A stretch of 63,722 bases of DNA, counting the filler, from Octopus bimaculoides (lineage: Eukaryota): assembly GCF_001194135.2 (NCBI RefSeq). It is 5 parts of 4 records of this genome, joined end to end, with 100 filler letters (N's around TTAATTAATTAA, not from the genome) between each part and the next. Parts side by side here need not be neighbours in the genome. Positions count along the whole stretch, not along the records: positions 1 to 29,699 come from NC_068985.1; 4 more parts are not named here. One strand, given 5' to 3'. Positions 1 to 10,952 of this stretch are shown one piece after another. Within the stretch, counting starts at the first letter, position 1. Every line of letters begins with the position of its first letter. Below the pieces are notes generated by a model, which worked only from the letters and a program-made list of their open reading frames with translations, had not been told where the DNA came from and searched no databases. Both the position numbers and the translations under genes were made by a program.

Positions 1-882
1 ATATATATATATATATACATATGTAAGTACATATACATATTATGTTTATTTATACATACATATGTATAAATATACATTTATATATTAATTATATACTATA
101 TATAATATTATATATATTATATATATTGTATATATGTATATATATAATTCATTTAGGCAGCAGTGTGTGTGCGTATGTATGTGTGTATGTGTGTTTGTAT
201 ATATGGTCGTATATCTATATAATCACCATTTTATATTTTTATGTACTTAAGCACACAAACACTATAATTTGAGGGGGTAGTATCGGGGACACATCGAAGG
301 AAACAGTCATATGTGTGTATGTGTGCACGAGTGTGTGTAAGTTTGTGCGTGTGTGCGTGTTTGTGTGCGTGAGTGTGTATAAGTCAGTGTGTGTGTCTAT
401 GTGTGAACGTATATATATATATATATATATATATAGTCCAACTGAATTTTAAAAATAACATTTTAAAGTAGATTCATTAAAATAAACACATCCTTTTCCG
501 CATGCCAATGCCTTCAATAACATGTCAATCGAACTTTAACACCGTACGTCTCATGCCTTCTCTTCTGCGAGTGCATATAATCAGGGTGTAGATGAATTTT
601 TCCTGTTCCCTTTTTTTAGGCTGATACGAATTCTGCTTCTATGCTTATGAGCGCAGTTTCCAGATAAAAAAAACTGTCAAGAGACCGGTATAATACAAGC
701 TATTCTATATCTATGTCGTATCATTTTCTTTAAACCAAATGACTTAATCCCTGTGTAATACTCAGTTACATCGGTCTAAACCTAGCTTAAGGCGCATTAT
801 ATTGGGTTTCAGCTTAATAACTCATTATTGATATGTTGATATGTATGTATGTATGTGTGTACGTGGTGTATCTATGCTTATG

Positions 883-929
<47 letters not shown>

Positions 930-1810
930 NNNNNNNNNNNNNNNNNNNNNNNNNNNNNNNNNNNNNNNNNNNNNNNNNNNNNNNNNNNNNNNNNNNNNNN
1001 NNNNNNNNNNNNNNNNNNNNNNNNNNNNNNNNNNNNNNNNNNNNNNNNNNNNNNNNNNNNNNNNNNNNNNNNNNNNNNNNNNNNNNNNNNNNNNNNNNNN
1101 NNNNNNNNNNNNNNNNNNNNNNNNNNNNNNNNNNNNNNNNNNNNNNNNNNNNNNNNNNNNNNNNNNNNNNNNNNNNNNNNNNNNNNNNNNNNNNNNNNNN
1201 NNNNNNNNNNNNNNNNNNNNNNNNNNNNNNNNNNNNNNNNNNNNNNNNNNNNNNNNNNNNNNNNNNNNNNNNNNNNNNNNNNNNNNNNNNNNNNNNNNNN
1301 NNNNNNNNNNNNNNNNNNNNNNNNNNNNNNNNNNNNNNNNNNNNNNNNNNNNNNNNNNNNNNNNNNNNNNNNNNNNNNNNNNNNNNNNNNNNNNNNNNNN
1401 NNNNNNNNNNNNNNNNNNNNNNNNNNNNNNNNNNNNNNNNNNNNNNNNNNNNNNNNNNNNNNNNNNNNNNNNNNNNNNNNNNNNNNNNNNNNNNNNNNNN
1501 NNNNNNNNNNNNNNNNNNNNNNNNNNNNNNNNNNNNNNNNNNNNNNNNNNNNNNNNNNNNNNNNNNNNNNNNNNNNNNNNNNNNNNNNNNNNNNNNNNNN
1601 NNNNNNNNNNNNNNNNNNNNNNNNNNNNNNNNNNNNNNNGCAATCCCCGTCATGCATCGATCCCAAACATTCCATATAGGTAATGGAAATGGAGATTCAA
1701 GGCGTTGCCTCCTCTTTCTCTAGGTGGTCATATATAATTGCTTTCACAATAGGAAATATCGTGAAATATCATCATCATCAAGTTGTTCATATCCATCTAT
1801 AACATCATCA

Positions 1811-2201
1811 GTGGAGGCGCAATGGCCCAGTGGTTAGGGCAGCGGACTCGCGGTCGTAGGATCGCGGTTTCGATTCCCAGACCGGGCGTTGTGAGTGTTT
1901 ATTGAGCGAAAACACCTAAAGTTCCACGAGGCTCCGACAGAGGATGGTGGCGAACCCTGCTGTACTTTCACCACAACTTTCTCTCACTCTTTCTTTCTGT
2001 TTCTGTTGTACCTGTAATTCAAAGGGTCAGACTTGTCATACTCTGTGTCACGCTGAATCTCCCCGAGAACTACGTTAAGAGTACACGTGTCTGTGGAGTG
2101 CTCAGCCACTTGCACGCTAATTTCACGAGCAGGTTGTTCCGTTGATCGGATCAAATGGAACCCTCGTCGTCGTCGTCGTCGTAACCGACGGAGTGTCAAC
2201 C
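1811..2201 (+). mobile_element. tRNA-derived SINE, family A, with 12-bp target-site duplication
   Basis: A-box TGGCCCAGTGG and B-box-like GGTTTCGATTCCC in the head; TSD ATAACATCATCA at 1799-1810 and 2202-2213; interrupts the MULE reading frame. Confidence 0.9.
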
Positions 2202-2831
2202 ATAACATCATCAACCAGCAGGAAGGCAAGGTCAACAAAACACCGCATTTTTAGACTAAAACTATCATCTTCGGGATATCTGCATTTTAGTCCTTCTTGT
2301 AAAACATGCTTTTACACATTTTGTCCTAAATGAAACAAGCAGCATGCCAAAGTCGACCCAGGAAACGATCCCAGAAATCCGTTATCGGCTGCTTTTTCGA
2401 AATCCATAATTATGTTATCAGGTGCCTCATATGCTGTAATTCATTTATTTTGGCTAAAAGTCTTCTATATATGTCTTGACTTTTATCAGAGAACAATGAG
2501 AACAATGGTGAGCCATTAAAATTACCAATTTGAATGTGAAGTATATATAACTGAAAAAATATACTAGAGCAGCACTGAAATGTTCCATCTGATGCCCAGT
2601 TCTTGAGCTGTTTTAACTGTCTAAGTGCTTTGTCACTTGCAGATATTAGTATTTGCTTTGAATCTTCCATCCTGTTGTCATACTGTAAAAACGCTTCGTC
2701 ATTGTCAAGGTAGAAGTATTCGTTTGGAATAGAAAACCCAACATTTGTAAGGGGGTAGCAGGATAGTTGGAATCAGCTTGCTTCCAACGTCTAATACTCC
2801 TATTAAGCTGTACTGACGTTTAAATTCTGAA

Positions 2832-2983
2832 CTGGCTGTGTGGTAAGTAGCTTGCTTACCAACCACATAGTTCCGGGTTCATTCCCACTGCGTGGCACCT
2901 TGGGCAATTGTCTTCTACTATAGCCTCGGGTCAACCAAACCTTGTGAGTGGATTTGGTAGACGGAAACTGAAAGAAGCCCGTC

Positions 2984-3019
<36 letters not shown>

Positions 3020-3231
3020 GTGTGTGTATATGTTTGTGTGTCTGTGTTTGTCCCCCAGCATCGCTTGACAACCGATGCTGGTGTGTTTACGTCTCCGTAA
3101 TCTAGCGGTTCGGCAAAAGAGACCGATAGAATAAGTACTAGGCTCACAAAGAATAAGTCCTGGGGTCGATTTGCTCGACTAAAGGTGGTGCTCCAGCATG
3201 GCCGCAGTCAAATGACTGGAACAAGTAAAAG
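2832..3231 (+). mobile_element. tRNA-derived SINE, family B (internal microsatellite, TAAAAGAG tail)
   Basis: Head GGCTGTGTGGTAAGTAGCTTGC..CCGGGTTC, central (TA)/(TG) tract, 3' module ending CAGCATGGCCGCAGTCAAATGACTG.AACAAGTAAAAG; about 15 further copies in the window. Confidence 0.9.
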
Positions 3232-3604
3232 TGCGGTAATTGAGCGAGGGGCATCACGAGATGAAATAGACTTTACTTTAATATTTGAAACTATTATCCT
3301 TGCACTCACCTCTGCAGCAGCTGAAGCGCGATCATGGACCACAAACTTCTAAAGCTCTTTACAATTTTCATCTGCATGAAGTCTCGCTTTGCACACTCGA
3401 TTTTCACACCTCCAGTATATCTTCAATCCATCTGCGTTCTGCTTATTTTTTGTATATATATATAATTTTCTTGATCGATCTCTTTGATGTTTCCTTTCTA
3501 TGAAGTTAGGAATTTGCAGGTAGTCATGTTGATGGGTAGGCGTATTGAATAAATTTAATTCGATTTGCTTGAAAATCTTTGCTCGTAAACTGTTCAGCGC
3601 AGAT

Positions 3605-3644
<40 letters not shown>

Positions 3645-3807
3645 NNNNNNNNNNNNNNNNNNNNNNNNNNNNNNNNNNNNNNNNNNNNNNNNNNNNNNNN
3701 GGGGGGAGGTAAAGGCAGAAAATATCTAAAACTGTCCAACGACAGTTTTAATTCTAAAGTGATTGTTCTAAACTTTCCGTCGAAAATCAAATTTAAGAGT
3801 GTTTTGG

Positions 3808-3913
3808 GACGAATTGGCCAGCGATGAATTGATCTGGGGATGAACTGATCGACGACGAATTGACAGGGGACAGATTAACAGACGACGAAATAACCGGGGA
3901 CGAATTGTCCTGG
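3808..3913. repeat. Seven-unit 15-bp tandem repeat (GACGAATTGACNRRS-like), probable MULE subterminal repeat
   Basis: Units GACGAATTGGCCAGC, GATGAATTGATCTGGG, GATGAACTGATCGAC, GACGAATTGACAGGG, GACAGATTAACAGAC, GACGAAATAACCGGG, GACGAATTGTCCTGG; about 280 bp upstream of the transposase ATG. Confidence 0.8.
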
Positions 3914-3934
3914 CACAATATATATACATGTATG

Positions 3935-4190
3935 GTGGAGGCGCGTGGCCTTGTGGTTAGGGTGTCAGCATCATGATCGTAAGATTGTGGTTTCGATTCC
4001 TGGACCGGGCGGCGCGTTGTGTTCTTGAGCAAAACACTTCATTTCCCGTTGCTCCAGTCAACTCAGCTGGCAAAAATGAGTAACACTGCGATGGACTGGC
4101 GTCCCGTCCAGCGGGGAAACACATACGCCATTGAAACCGGGAAACCGGGCCCGTGAGCCTGGCTAGGCTTTAAAAGGGCGCATTTATTCT
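3935..4190 (+). mobile_element. tRNA-derived SINE, family C
   Basis: GGAGGCGCGTGGCCTTGTGGTTAG head with GGTTTCGATTCC; near-identical copy at 7530-7793. Confidence 0.9.
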
Positions 4191-4383
4191 ATTTTTATAT
4201 GTATGTATGTATGTATGTATCAAGGGTAAGAAAGGTATTGATGTCAGGAAGACCCATAAGGTATCGGTAAACGCTAAGTAAGTGCTACGGATAGACCATG
4301 GTCAAGCTCCAGGCTCCATAATGATAAGAGGGAGGAGATCAACGTGGATCATGCCTTAGTATGCATATATATATAAATTGACA

Positions 4384-4630
4384 GAATGAGATAAAAAAAA
4401 ACCCAAGGCAGTAAATAGATTTCATAACATTTATCATGAAAAGGTTTTACAGCTGTTTCCGGGATATTTTATATTTCCCTTCATCAGAGAAGGTGCGAGA
4501 AAATGTTTGAGTATTAATTATTGTCTCTGATGAAGGGATATATAAAATATCCCGGAAACAGCTATAAGACCTTTTCATGATAAATGTTATGAAATTTATT
4601 TACTGCCTTGGTTTTTTTTTAATCTTATTC
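4384..4630. repeat. Head-to-head inverted repeat (about 107-bp arms, 33-bp spacer) with a hammerhead motif on each arm
   Basis: 4384-4490 is the reverse complement of 4524-4630 with few mismatches. Confidence 0.9.
4523..4570 (+). ncRNA. Minimal type-I hammerhead ribozyme motif
   Basis: GTCT-CTGATGA-A-GGGATAT(ataaa)ATATCCC-G-GAAAC-AGCT-ATA-AGAC; stem I GTCT/AGAC, 7-bp stem II. The minus-arm copy (4444-4490) has the palindromic ACAGCTGT stem III with a GUA triplet. Confidence 0.65.
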
Positions 4631-4638
4631 AGTCAATT

Positions 4639-4678
<40 letters not shown>

Positions 4679-5091
4679 NNNNNNNNNNNNNNNNNNNNNN
4701 NNNNNNNNNNNNNNNNNNNNNNNNNNNNNNNNNNNNNNNNNNNNNNNNNNNNNNNNNNNNNNNNNNNNNNNNNNNNNNNNNNNNNNNNNNNNNNNNNNNN
4801 NNNNNNNNNNNNNNNNNNNNNNNNNNNNNNNNNNNNNNNNNNNNNNNNNNNNNNNNNNNNNNNNNNNNNNNNNNNNNNNNNNNNNNNNNNNNNNNNNNNN
4901 NNNNNNNNNNNNNNNNNNNNNNNNNNNNNNNNNNNNNNNNNNNNNNNNNNNNNNNNNNNNNNNNNNNNNNNNNNNNNNNNNNNNNNNNNNNNNNNNNNNN
5001 NNNNNNNNNNNNNNNNNNNNNNNNNNNNNNNNNNNNNNNNNNNNNNNNNNNNNNNNNNNNNNNNNNNNNNNNNNNNNNNNNNNNNNNNNNN

Positions 5092-5124
<33 letters not shown>

Positions 5125-5285
5125 GTATACGGTTTAGATATAGATTCAAGGTTGAATATGGTAATTATGCGTAGGCACCCGAATATCGCATCCCGAAAGG
5201 ATAGGTGATTAAAATCAAAAAAATAAGCAACACGGATTTCATGTGTGTGTGTGTGTGTGTGGATACATATATACATAGATAATAC

Positions 5286-5523
5286 ATGCATGCATGCATG
5301 CATACATACATACATACATACATACATACACGCATGCATACATACATACATACATACATGCATACATGCATGCATACATACATACATACATACATACATA
5401 CACACATACATACATATATGAGTATTTTATACTCGTTTCAGTCATTGAACAGCAGCCATACCAGGAAACTACCTTGGAGGATTGTAGAAGACACTTGCTC
5501 AAGATACCGCGCGTTGAGACTGA

Positions 5524-5603
<80 letters not shown>

Positions 5604-5620
5604 AACACACACGCATGCAC
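5286..5620. repeat. (TACA)n and (CA)n microsatellite block with a short SINE-B remnant between
   Basis: Direct reading; source of the HTHT/MYVC pseudo-ORFs. Confidence 0.9.
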
Positions 5621-6334
5621 GCACGCACACACATTCATAAAGACATATTCACTCAATCCCATGCACACACATAATTAAAATATGATATGAAAGTTATATT
5701 TCCGAGGCACTGCTTATGCATATTAAATGAATTGAAAAAGCCATAGCGTATGAATTGGTGTCACCCATTTACGTCACATTCCGTAATGAATTCCGCTTAC
5801 TCTGATGCACTTTAAACATTCACTAAAGTTTCGCCACATTTGTCTATATCAGCGGTCTACTTGTTATCATCACTAGCAGTAAGTGTTCTATGCAGATAAA
5901 ACCTCTCTTTAATCATTAATCTTCCGCATACAGACGCCATTCACAGGCAACCTAAACATCTCGCGCTAGATTTGCACTGCTTCTATTGACAGAGACCTTG
6001 AAAAAAATACACCATTCATTGTATTCTCAGCGGCCTAGTCTCCGTCGACAACTCCGTGTTACAGTCATTGCACGTATCAAGAAAACAGACTCGTACTACA
6101 TCCACTCCCATTACGGAATTAACCCTGTCAATTTTGCTACAGTCACACAGTCTTTGATAATCTCTTGTGGTAGCCTCACGTAACATTGCCAAAACCGCAA
6201 CACAGAGACATGACTTCCGTTACAGGACAACAAAACTATTTCAACTCATCCATCGCTAATTATCAATAAATTTCAAAGTTGATCCACACTGGATTATACC
6301 CATGGTAGTTCCATTCTTGTATACATTGACATTG

Positions 6335-6648
6335 TGAGGATACGTGGCTTCATGGTTAGGATATTCTGCTCTCGATTGCATGGTCGTGTGTTTGATACCC
6401 AGCAACGCAATTTGTCCATGAGCAAACACTTTATTTCACGTTGCTCCAGTCCACTCAGCTGTTGAAGATGAGTAGTACCGGTATTTCAAAGGGCCTAGCT
6501 TGTCACATTGAGTCACGTTGAATTTCCCCGAGATGTACGTTAAAGTGTCTGGAATGCTCAGCCACTTGAACGTTAATTTCACCAACAGGCTGTTCCTCGA
6601 TCGGATCACCTGAAATCCTCGTCGTTGCAACTGACGGAGCGCCAGTTA
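6335..6648 (+). mobile_element. Degenerate chimeric SINE: family C head and body joined to family A 3' module
   Basis: TTTCACGTTGCTCCAGTCCACTCAGCTG matches 7640-7665; from ~6478 GTATTTCAAAGGG..GCTCAGCCACTTG..GATCGGATCA..CCTCGTCGT..GACGGAG matches 2010-2195. Confidence 0.75.
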
Positions 6649-6857
6649 CACTGACGTTCTAGATTGCTTCCAAAAGACCATTATACCAATAAGCAAAGCC
6701 TCAGCAACATATTACCGAGTTTTTTTCTTTTTATTGTTTCTTAAATTATTATCAACTCCACAAAAAAACAAAAACAAACAAACAACCAAAACAAAACATT
6801 CAAACACCAGCCAATAGTCAAATACATTTCAGCAATGACTATCTCAAAAATAATATA

Positions 6858-6960
6858 TCTAGGCCACATTACCGAATATATCCTTCCTGTTTAAGACAGT
6901 AAGGTGAGATATGAGTGAGATTTGACTGCCATTTCTAGCTGGTAGAACGATCGTATAAAG
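6858..6960 (+). repeat. Old interspersed repeat, family E (3' part, uninterrupted)
   Basis: CTAGGCCACATTAC..TATCCTTCC..CAGTAAGGTG.GAT..GAGATTT. Related decayed copies at ~7400-7850, 8555-8680, 25015-25215, 31775-31850, 36565-36740, 50225-50290, 51730-51880, 52260-52430 and 57300-57385. Confidence 0.6.
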
Positions 6961-7529
6961 GTGACTAGGGTTTTCTTTCGAAGATAACGTACTGTAATAT
7001 ATTGTATTAGACTACCAGTATTTGATGGTTCGTCTTTAAAATTTAGCACGGAACACTTATCAGAAAAACCTTGTAGAAGACATAGGAACTGCTTGTTATC
7101 GATAAGTATGGAGTTGCACCAATCATTAACGTTCGTATTTTGGATACCGAGCTGGCCTTGATGATAGGTTTGAAAGTCCCTTAAAAGACTATTAGATAAA
7201 GCACCATACTAGTCAATTTTTGTGAAAGTGTTTGCATCTTAATAGTTGAAAATATCGTATTAACAACAAATGATGTGTATACAGTTCTGTTTACCAGTTT
7301 CTAAGACCAGAGAGCAATAATGAGGACTATAAATTTCACGCCCTTTAGGCTTCTTGCTGATATCGTGCTGGCCTTGTATCAAAATGTGAAACCATTATTC
7401 CTTAAACCCTGATCATCAGTGATTAAACAACCCTATGATGAAAGATATTTAAGCTTTATCTTAAACACTATTTCTAGGGCCACATTACTTCAATGTATCC
7501 TTCCTTTTTACCACAGTAAGGTGTGATAC

Positions 7530-7793
7530 GTGGAGGCGCGTGGCTTAGTGGTTAGGGTGTCAGCATCATGATCGTAAAGACTGTGGTTTCGATTCCTGGA
7601 CCGGGCGACGCGTTGTGTTCTTGAGCTAAACACTTCATTTCACGTTGCTGCAGTCCACTCAGCTGGCAAAAATGAGTAACGCTGCGATGGACTGGCGTCC
7701 CGTCCAGCTGGGAAACACATACGCCATTAAAACCGGGAATCCGGGCCCATGAGCCTGGCTAGGCTTTAAAAGGGCACATTTATTTTTTATTTT
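7530..7793 (+). mobile_element. tRNA-derived SINE, family C, inserted in a family E repeat
   Basis: Matches 3935-4190; flanked by AGGTGTGATA / AGGTGTGGTA (imperfect TSD). Confidence 0.9.
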
Positions 7794-8010
7794 AGGTGTG
7801 GTATAGGAGAGATTTAGCTATCATTTCAAGCAAGTATTTCGACACTAACTCGGGACATAGGGTGTGTTAATATTTTCCAAGCAGGATATAACAATGCCAC
7901 TTCGGGATACCCCAACTTGATCCTTCGGTAGCTCTAACCATATCTGTAGTCAGCTCTGTCAGAAACTGTTGAACCCAGTAACGTGTCTTTTGCAATAACT
8001 ACTGGAGATG

Positions 8011-8224
8011 AAAGCGGCGAGCTGGCCGAATCGTTAGCACGGCGGGTGAAATGCTTAGCGGTATTTCGTCTGTCTTTACGTTCTGAGTTCAAATTCCGCC
8101 GAGGTCGACTTTGCCTTTCATCCTTTCGCGGTCGGTAAATTAAGTACCAGTTGCGTAATGGGGTCGATCTAATCGACTGGCCCCTTCCCCCAAAATTTCG
8201 GGCCTAGTGCCTAGAGTAGAAAAG
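8011..8224 (+). mobile_element. SINE, family D, full length with 16-bp TSD
   Basis: GCGGCGAGCTGGC.GAATCGTTAGCAC..GAGTTCAAATTCCGCCGAGGTCGACTTTGCC..; TSD AATAAC(T/C)ACTGGAGAT at 7994-8009 and 8225-8240. Confidence 0.9.
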
Positions 8225-9117
8225 AATAACCACTGGAGATTTGATTATAGGATATAAACTAGACTACGGTTTTCTTTACGGCCATGATTTTTTTACACGG
8301 TTTTCGTATCGTGGCTTCGTGTGTGACTCTATGTGTATAACTTGTATAACTTTATTTCGTCCAAATTGAGCAATAGGAAATTGTCTGTGGTGCAGCACTG
8401 ATATGGATGAACTCAACTGCTTTCATTCAAACACATTCACAAGAAGGAGGCATTTGTGTGCACACTCTACCATACTCTTAGAAACTGAAAATTATTAGTT
8501 CATTCCTGGTTTTACAAACGAAAAGCGAACATGTGTTCCTACCCGTATTTCGTTGTTGTTTAGTTCGAGGTTAAGCCTGACTGAACAAACTTAGGATTAA
8601 AATTTTTTTCGGTCATGATGATACCATAGTTTTCTTTTCAGGCATAGATAGTATGACATAGATCTACATTGGGTATTATGCGAGAAAAATTTGGTTATAG
8701 TTTCTTGTAGTCAAGTGACATTACTAAAATTTCCTCGCTAACTCTTTACTGCACGGCGTCAAAATCTGTGGTGATTTGTTTAATATGTTCCGAATCAAGT
8801 TCCATTTTATCGTTGACTGCCAGTTCTTTGTTTTCATCATGTTTTTAAAGATCTAAACAGGTGCTGGTGAGGGCATTGACCTTATCATCCAGTTACGTTC
8901 GGTAAAGAATGAAGATGGGTAGCTCGTCACATACTGGAGTCAGAGAAGAGATTGAACGGTTTTTTACATCGGTTTTTATTTAGACCAGGAACGTAAATAC
9001 AAACATACGTATACACAAACAAACATGCATAAATATATACGCATACATTTCATACACACCCATACACACAGACACACACATACACGCACACATACACACA
9101 CGCACACATATATATTA

Positions 9118-9257
9118 TCTTCTACTTGTTTCAGTCATTTGACCGCGGCCATACTGGGGCACCACCTTGAAGGGTATTTAGTTGAACAAATCGACCCAGG
9201 GTTTATTTTTTTTAAAGCCTGGTACTTATTCTATCGACAACTTTTGTCGAACCGCAT
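9118..9257 (-). mobile_element. SINE family B, 3' fragment
   Basis: TTGTTTCAGTCATTTGACCGCGGCCAT..ATCGACCCAGG..TACTTATTCTATCG; abuts the PLE inversion. Confidence 0.8.
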
Positions 9258-9876
9258 AGGGTAGACAGACTGTGGACAGTTTATTGGCCTCATCCTCTCT
9301 CTTCTTCATAATTGGGGTGGATAGTGTACTTTTGGGGTAGTTGTTGCTTAACAGATCGTTACTGAGCTTGATCATTTCTTCGTGATGTGTATAACGATCG
9401 ATCCTATGTGAAAGGCCTCTCCGAAAAGATACAAAAGATATGCAGCCCATATGACATCAGGACAATATTCAAGAGTAGTAATACAACACTTCGCAAATAT
9501 CTCCTTCGGGTAAAAACCACCAATAGAAGAGAATATGACTTAGAACTGCGTGTACTCCATCCCATGCAGTTGTGGTAGGTTATACAAAGGCGAAACATGA
9601 CGCTCCCTCAAAATAAAAGTAGAGGAACATCGCAAAGCTGTGACACGAGGAGATATTGATAAACAGGGTATAGCTGACCATGTATGGAAAAATGGAGACC
9701 ACCTCCCCCTGTGGGATGAAGTTAAAATAATAGACAGAGAACACTGGAAAATACGAAAACTAAAAGAAGCAGCACATATGCTAGGACACAACAACCTCCT
9801 AAGCAGACCGAGTGCAGATATGAGCAGCATATGGGAACCGGTATTAAGGAAGGATAGGAAAATATTAGATTTATAA
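9258..9876 (+). mobile_element. 5'-truncated, 5'-inverted Penelope-like element: RT thumb/linker and C-terminal GIY-YIG endonuclease relic
   Basis: Plus strand 9403-9876 reads YVKGLSEKIQKIC..IFKS..TLRKYL / NCVYSIPCSCGRLYKGET*RSLKIKVEEHRK..IADHVW..WDEVKIIDREHWKIRKLKEA, with one frameshift and two stops. Segment 9258-9400 is inverted and reads on minus ..NNYPKS..STVCLPY, which joins YVKG via a shared CCTATG. Confidence 0.88.
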
Positions 9877-9901
9877 GCCCTAAAATTCACCAGTCCATAA
9901 T

Positions 9902-10177
9902 TGCCTACGGCATATAGCGTAATAGTTATGAGCGCGGGCTACTAACCCCAAGATTCCGAGTTCGATACCAAGCAGTGACCTGAACAATAATAATGACATC
10001 GAAAAAAAAACCTTAGGAATGAGAACCCAGGTTCGAAATTTCCCCAAGACACCTGAAGAAGGCTGGAGGGTATATCAGCCGAAACGTTGTGTTAACAACA
10101 AACAAGATGAGGACAAATATCCGTTGAATGTAAATAATGTAAATAATGCACATAATTCCTCATCTCGTAAATATAGA
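9902..10177 (+). mobile_element. tRNA-like head + (AAT)n + hammerhead unit, copy 1, directly 3' of the PLE ORF (probable pLTR)
   Basis: GGGCATATAGCGTAATAGTT..GAGTTCGATACC head, then CCTTAGGAATGAGAACCCAGG..HHR..AATTCCTCATCTCGTAAATATAGAA; same unit at 10953-11281 (minus) and 12702-12897. Confidence 0.85.
10048..10093 (+). ncRNA. Minimal type-I hammerhead ribozyme motif (CUGAAGA core)
   Basis: GACAC-CTGAAGA-A-GGCTG(gagggtatat)CAGCC-GAAAC-GTT-GTGTT; stem I GACAC/GTGTT, stem II 5 bp, palindromic AACGTT stem III. Confidence 0.75.
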
Positions 10178-10309
10178 AATATATATTTATATATGTATAT
10201 ACATTACACACATATATATACATACATACATATAACTTATAATGCACGTACCACATCCTCGAATTGTTTTCTTGTGATTTTTCTTCGTTTTTTTTGGCGG
10301 GGAGGGGGG

Positions 10310-10345
<36 letters not shown>

Positions 10346-10348
<3 letters not shown>

Positions 10349-10502
10349 CGGGCTCCTTTCACCTGTCTGTTCAATCTTCTCACAGGGCTGTGGTTGGCTC
10401 GAGGCTATAGTAGAAGACATTGCCCAAGGTGTCACACAGTGGCACAGAACCTGAAGCCGTGTGATTGAGAAAGAAGCTCCTTACCACACAGCCACGCCTG
10501 TA
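10346..10502 (-). mobile_element. SINE family B, 5' half, diverged
   Basis: GAGGCTATAGTAGAAGACA.TGCCCAAGG..CTTACCACACAGCCAC. Confidence 0.75.
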
Positions 10503-10952
10503 CGTATATGGCGAGAGTGAGCTAATGTGCGGTTCGAACGCTTGATCCTTATAAACAAATCATTTGTGCATGTCGTTCGGCAAAAGATGAACGCTTATAC
10601 GTCGTCTGCGACGGGAGAGTCCATCATATATACACGTTCGCACACACATGTATGTATGCAAATGTATAGTCTAGCGTATACATGTGTATAGTGCAGCAGT
10701 ATGTTGGTTTTTGTAATCATAATATTCTGGATTAAATTCTATCGTTTCATATCTTGGGTTAACATACCTCCAGATTAACGGAAATCTTGTCAAAGATACT
10801 GGGAACAAGGAAACTGTTTGAAACTCCTCAGAATCCTACCGATTTTCCCTGAAAATTACACTAATGGGATTCCTTGTCCATGTAATTCTTTACCAGTTAC
10901 CCTGTAATTCATCGAGTGGCAATTAGATATTTCAGTTAATAAAAAGGACTTC

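Larger units (their letters stand above)
1650..3917 (-). mobile_element. Degenerate Mutator-like (MULE) DNA transposon with FLYWCH-MULE transposase, interrupted by two SINEs; distal end lost in N gap
   Basis: Minus-strand translation from ATG at 3527 gives a FLYWCH-like finger (NYIY.KNKQNADGLKIYWRCENRVCKARLH). After SINE-B it reads QLNRSIRRWKQADSNYPATP, FLQYDN..KQILISASD..WASDGTFQCCSSIFFQLYILH and IMDFEK..FPGSTLACCLFHLGQNV..LAFLLVDDV. Across SINE-A it continues DGYEQL..PFPLPIWNVWDRC. Stops and frameshifts are present. Confidence 0.85.

Noticed and set aside
1813-1885. SINE heads (also 3935, 7530, 9905, 11190-11260) as tRNA genes
   Set aside because: Acceptor stems do not close and each continues into a multi-copy repeat body
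3808-3913. Short repeat array as CRISPR
   Set aside because: No spacers, 15-bp degenerate units, eukaryotic context, no cas genes
9598-9600. In-frame TGA in GET*R of the GIY-YIG domain as selenocysteine
   Set aside because: The same copy has a TAG stop and a frameshift, and no SECIS was seen; ordinary decay is simpler
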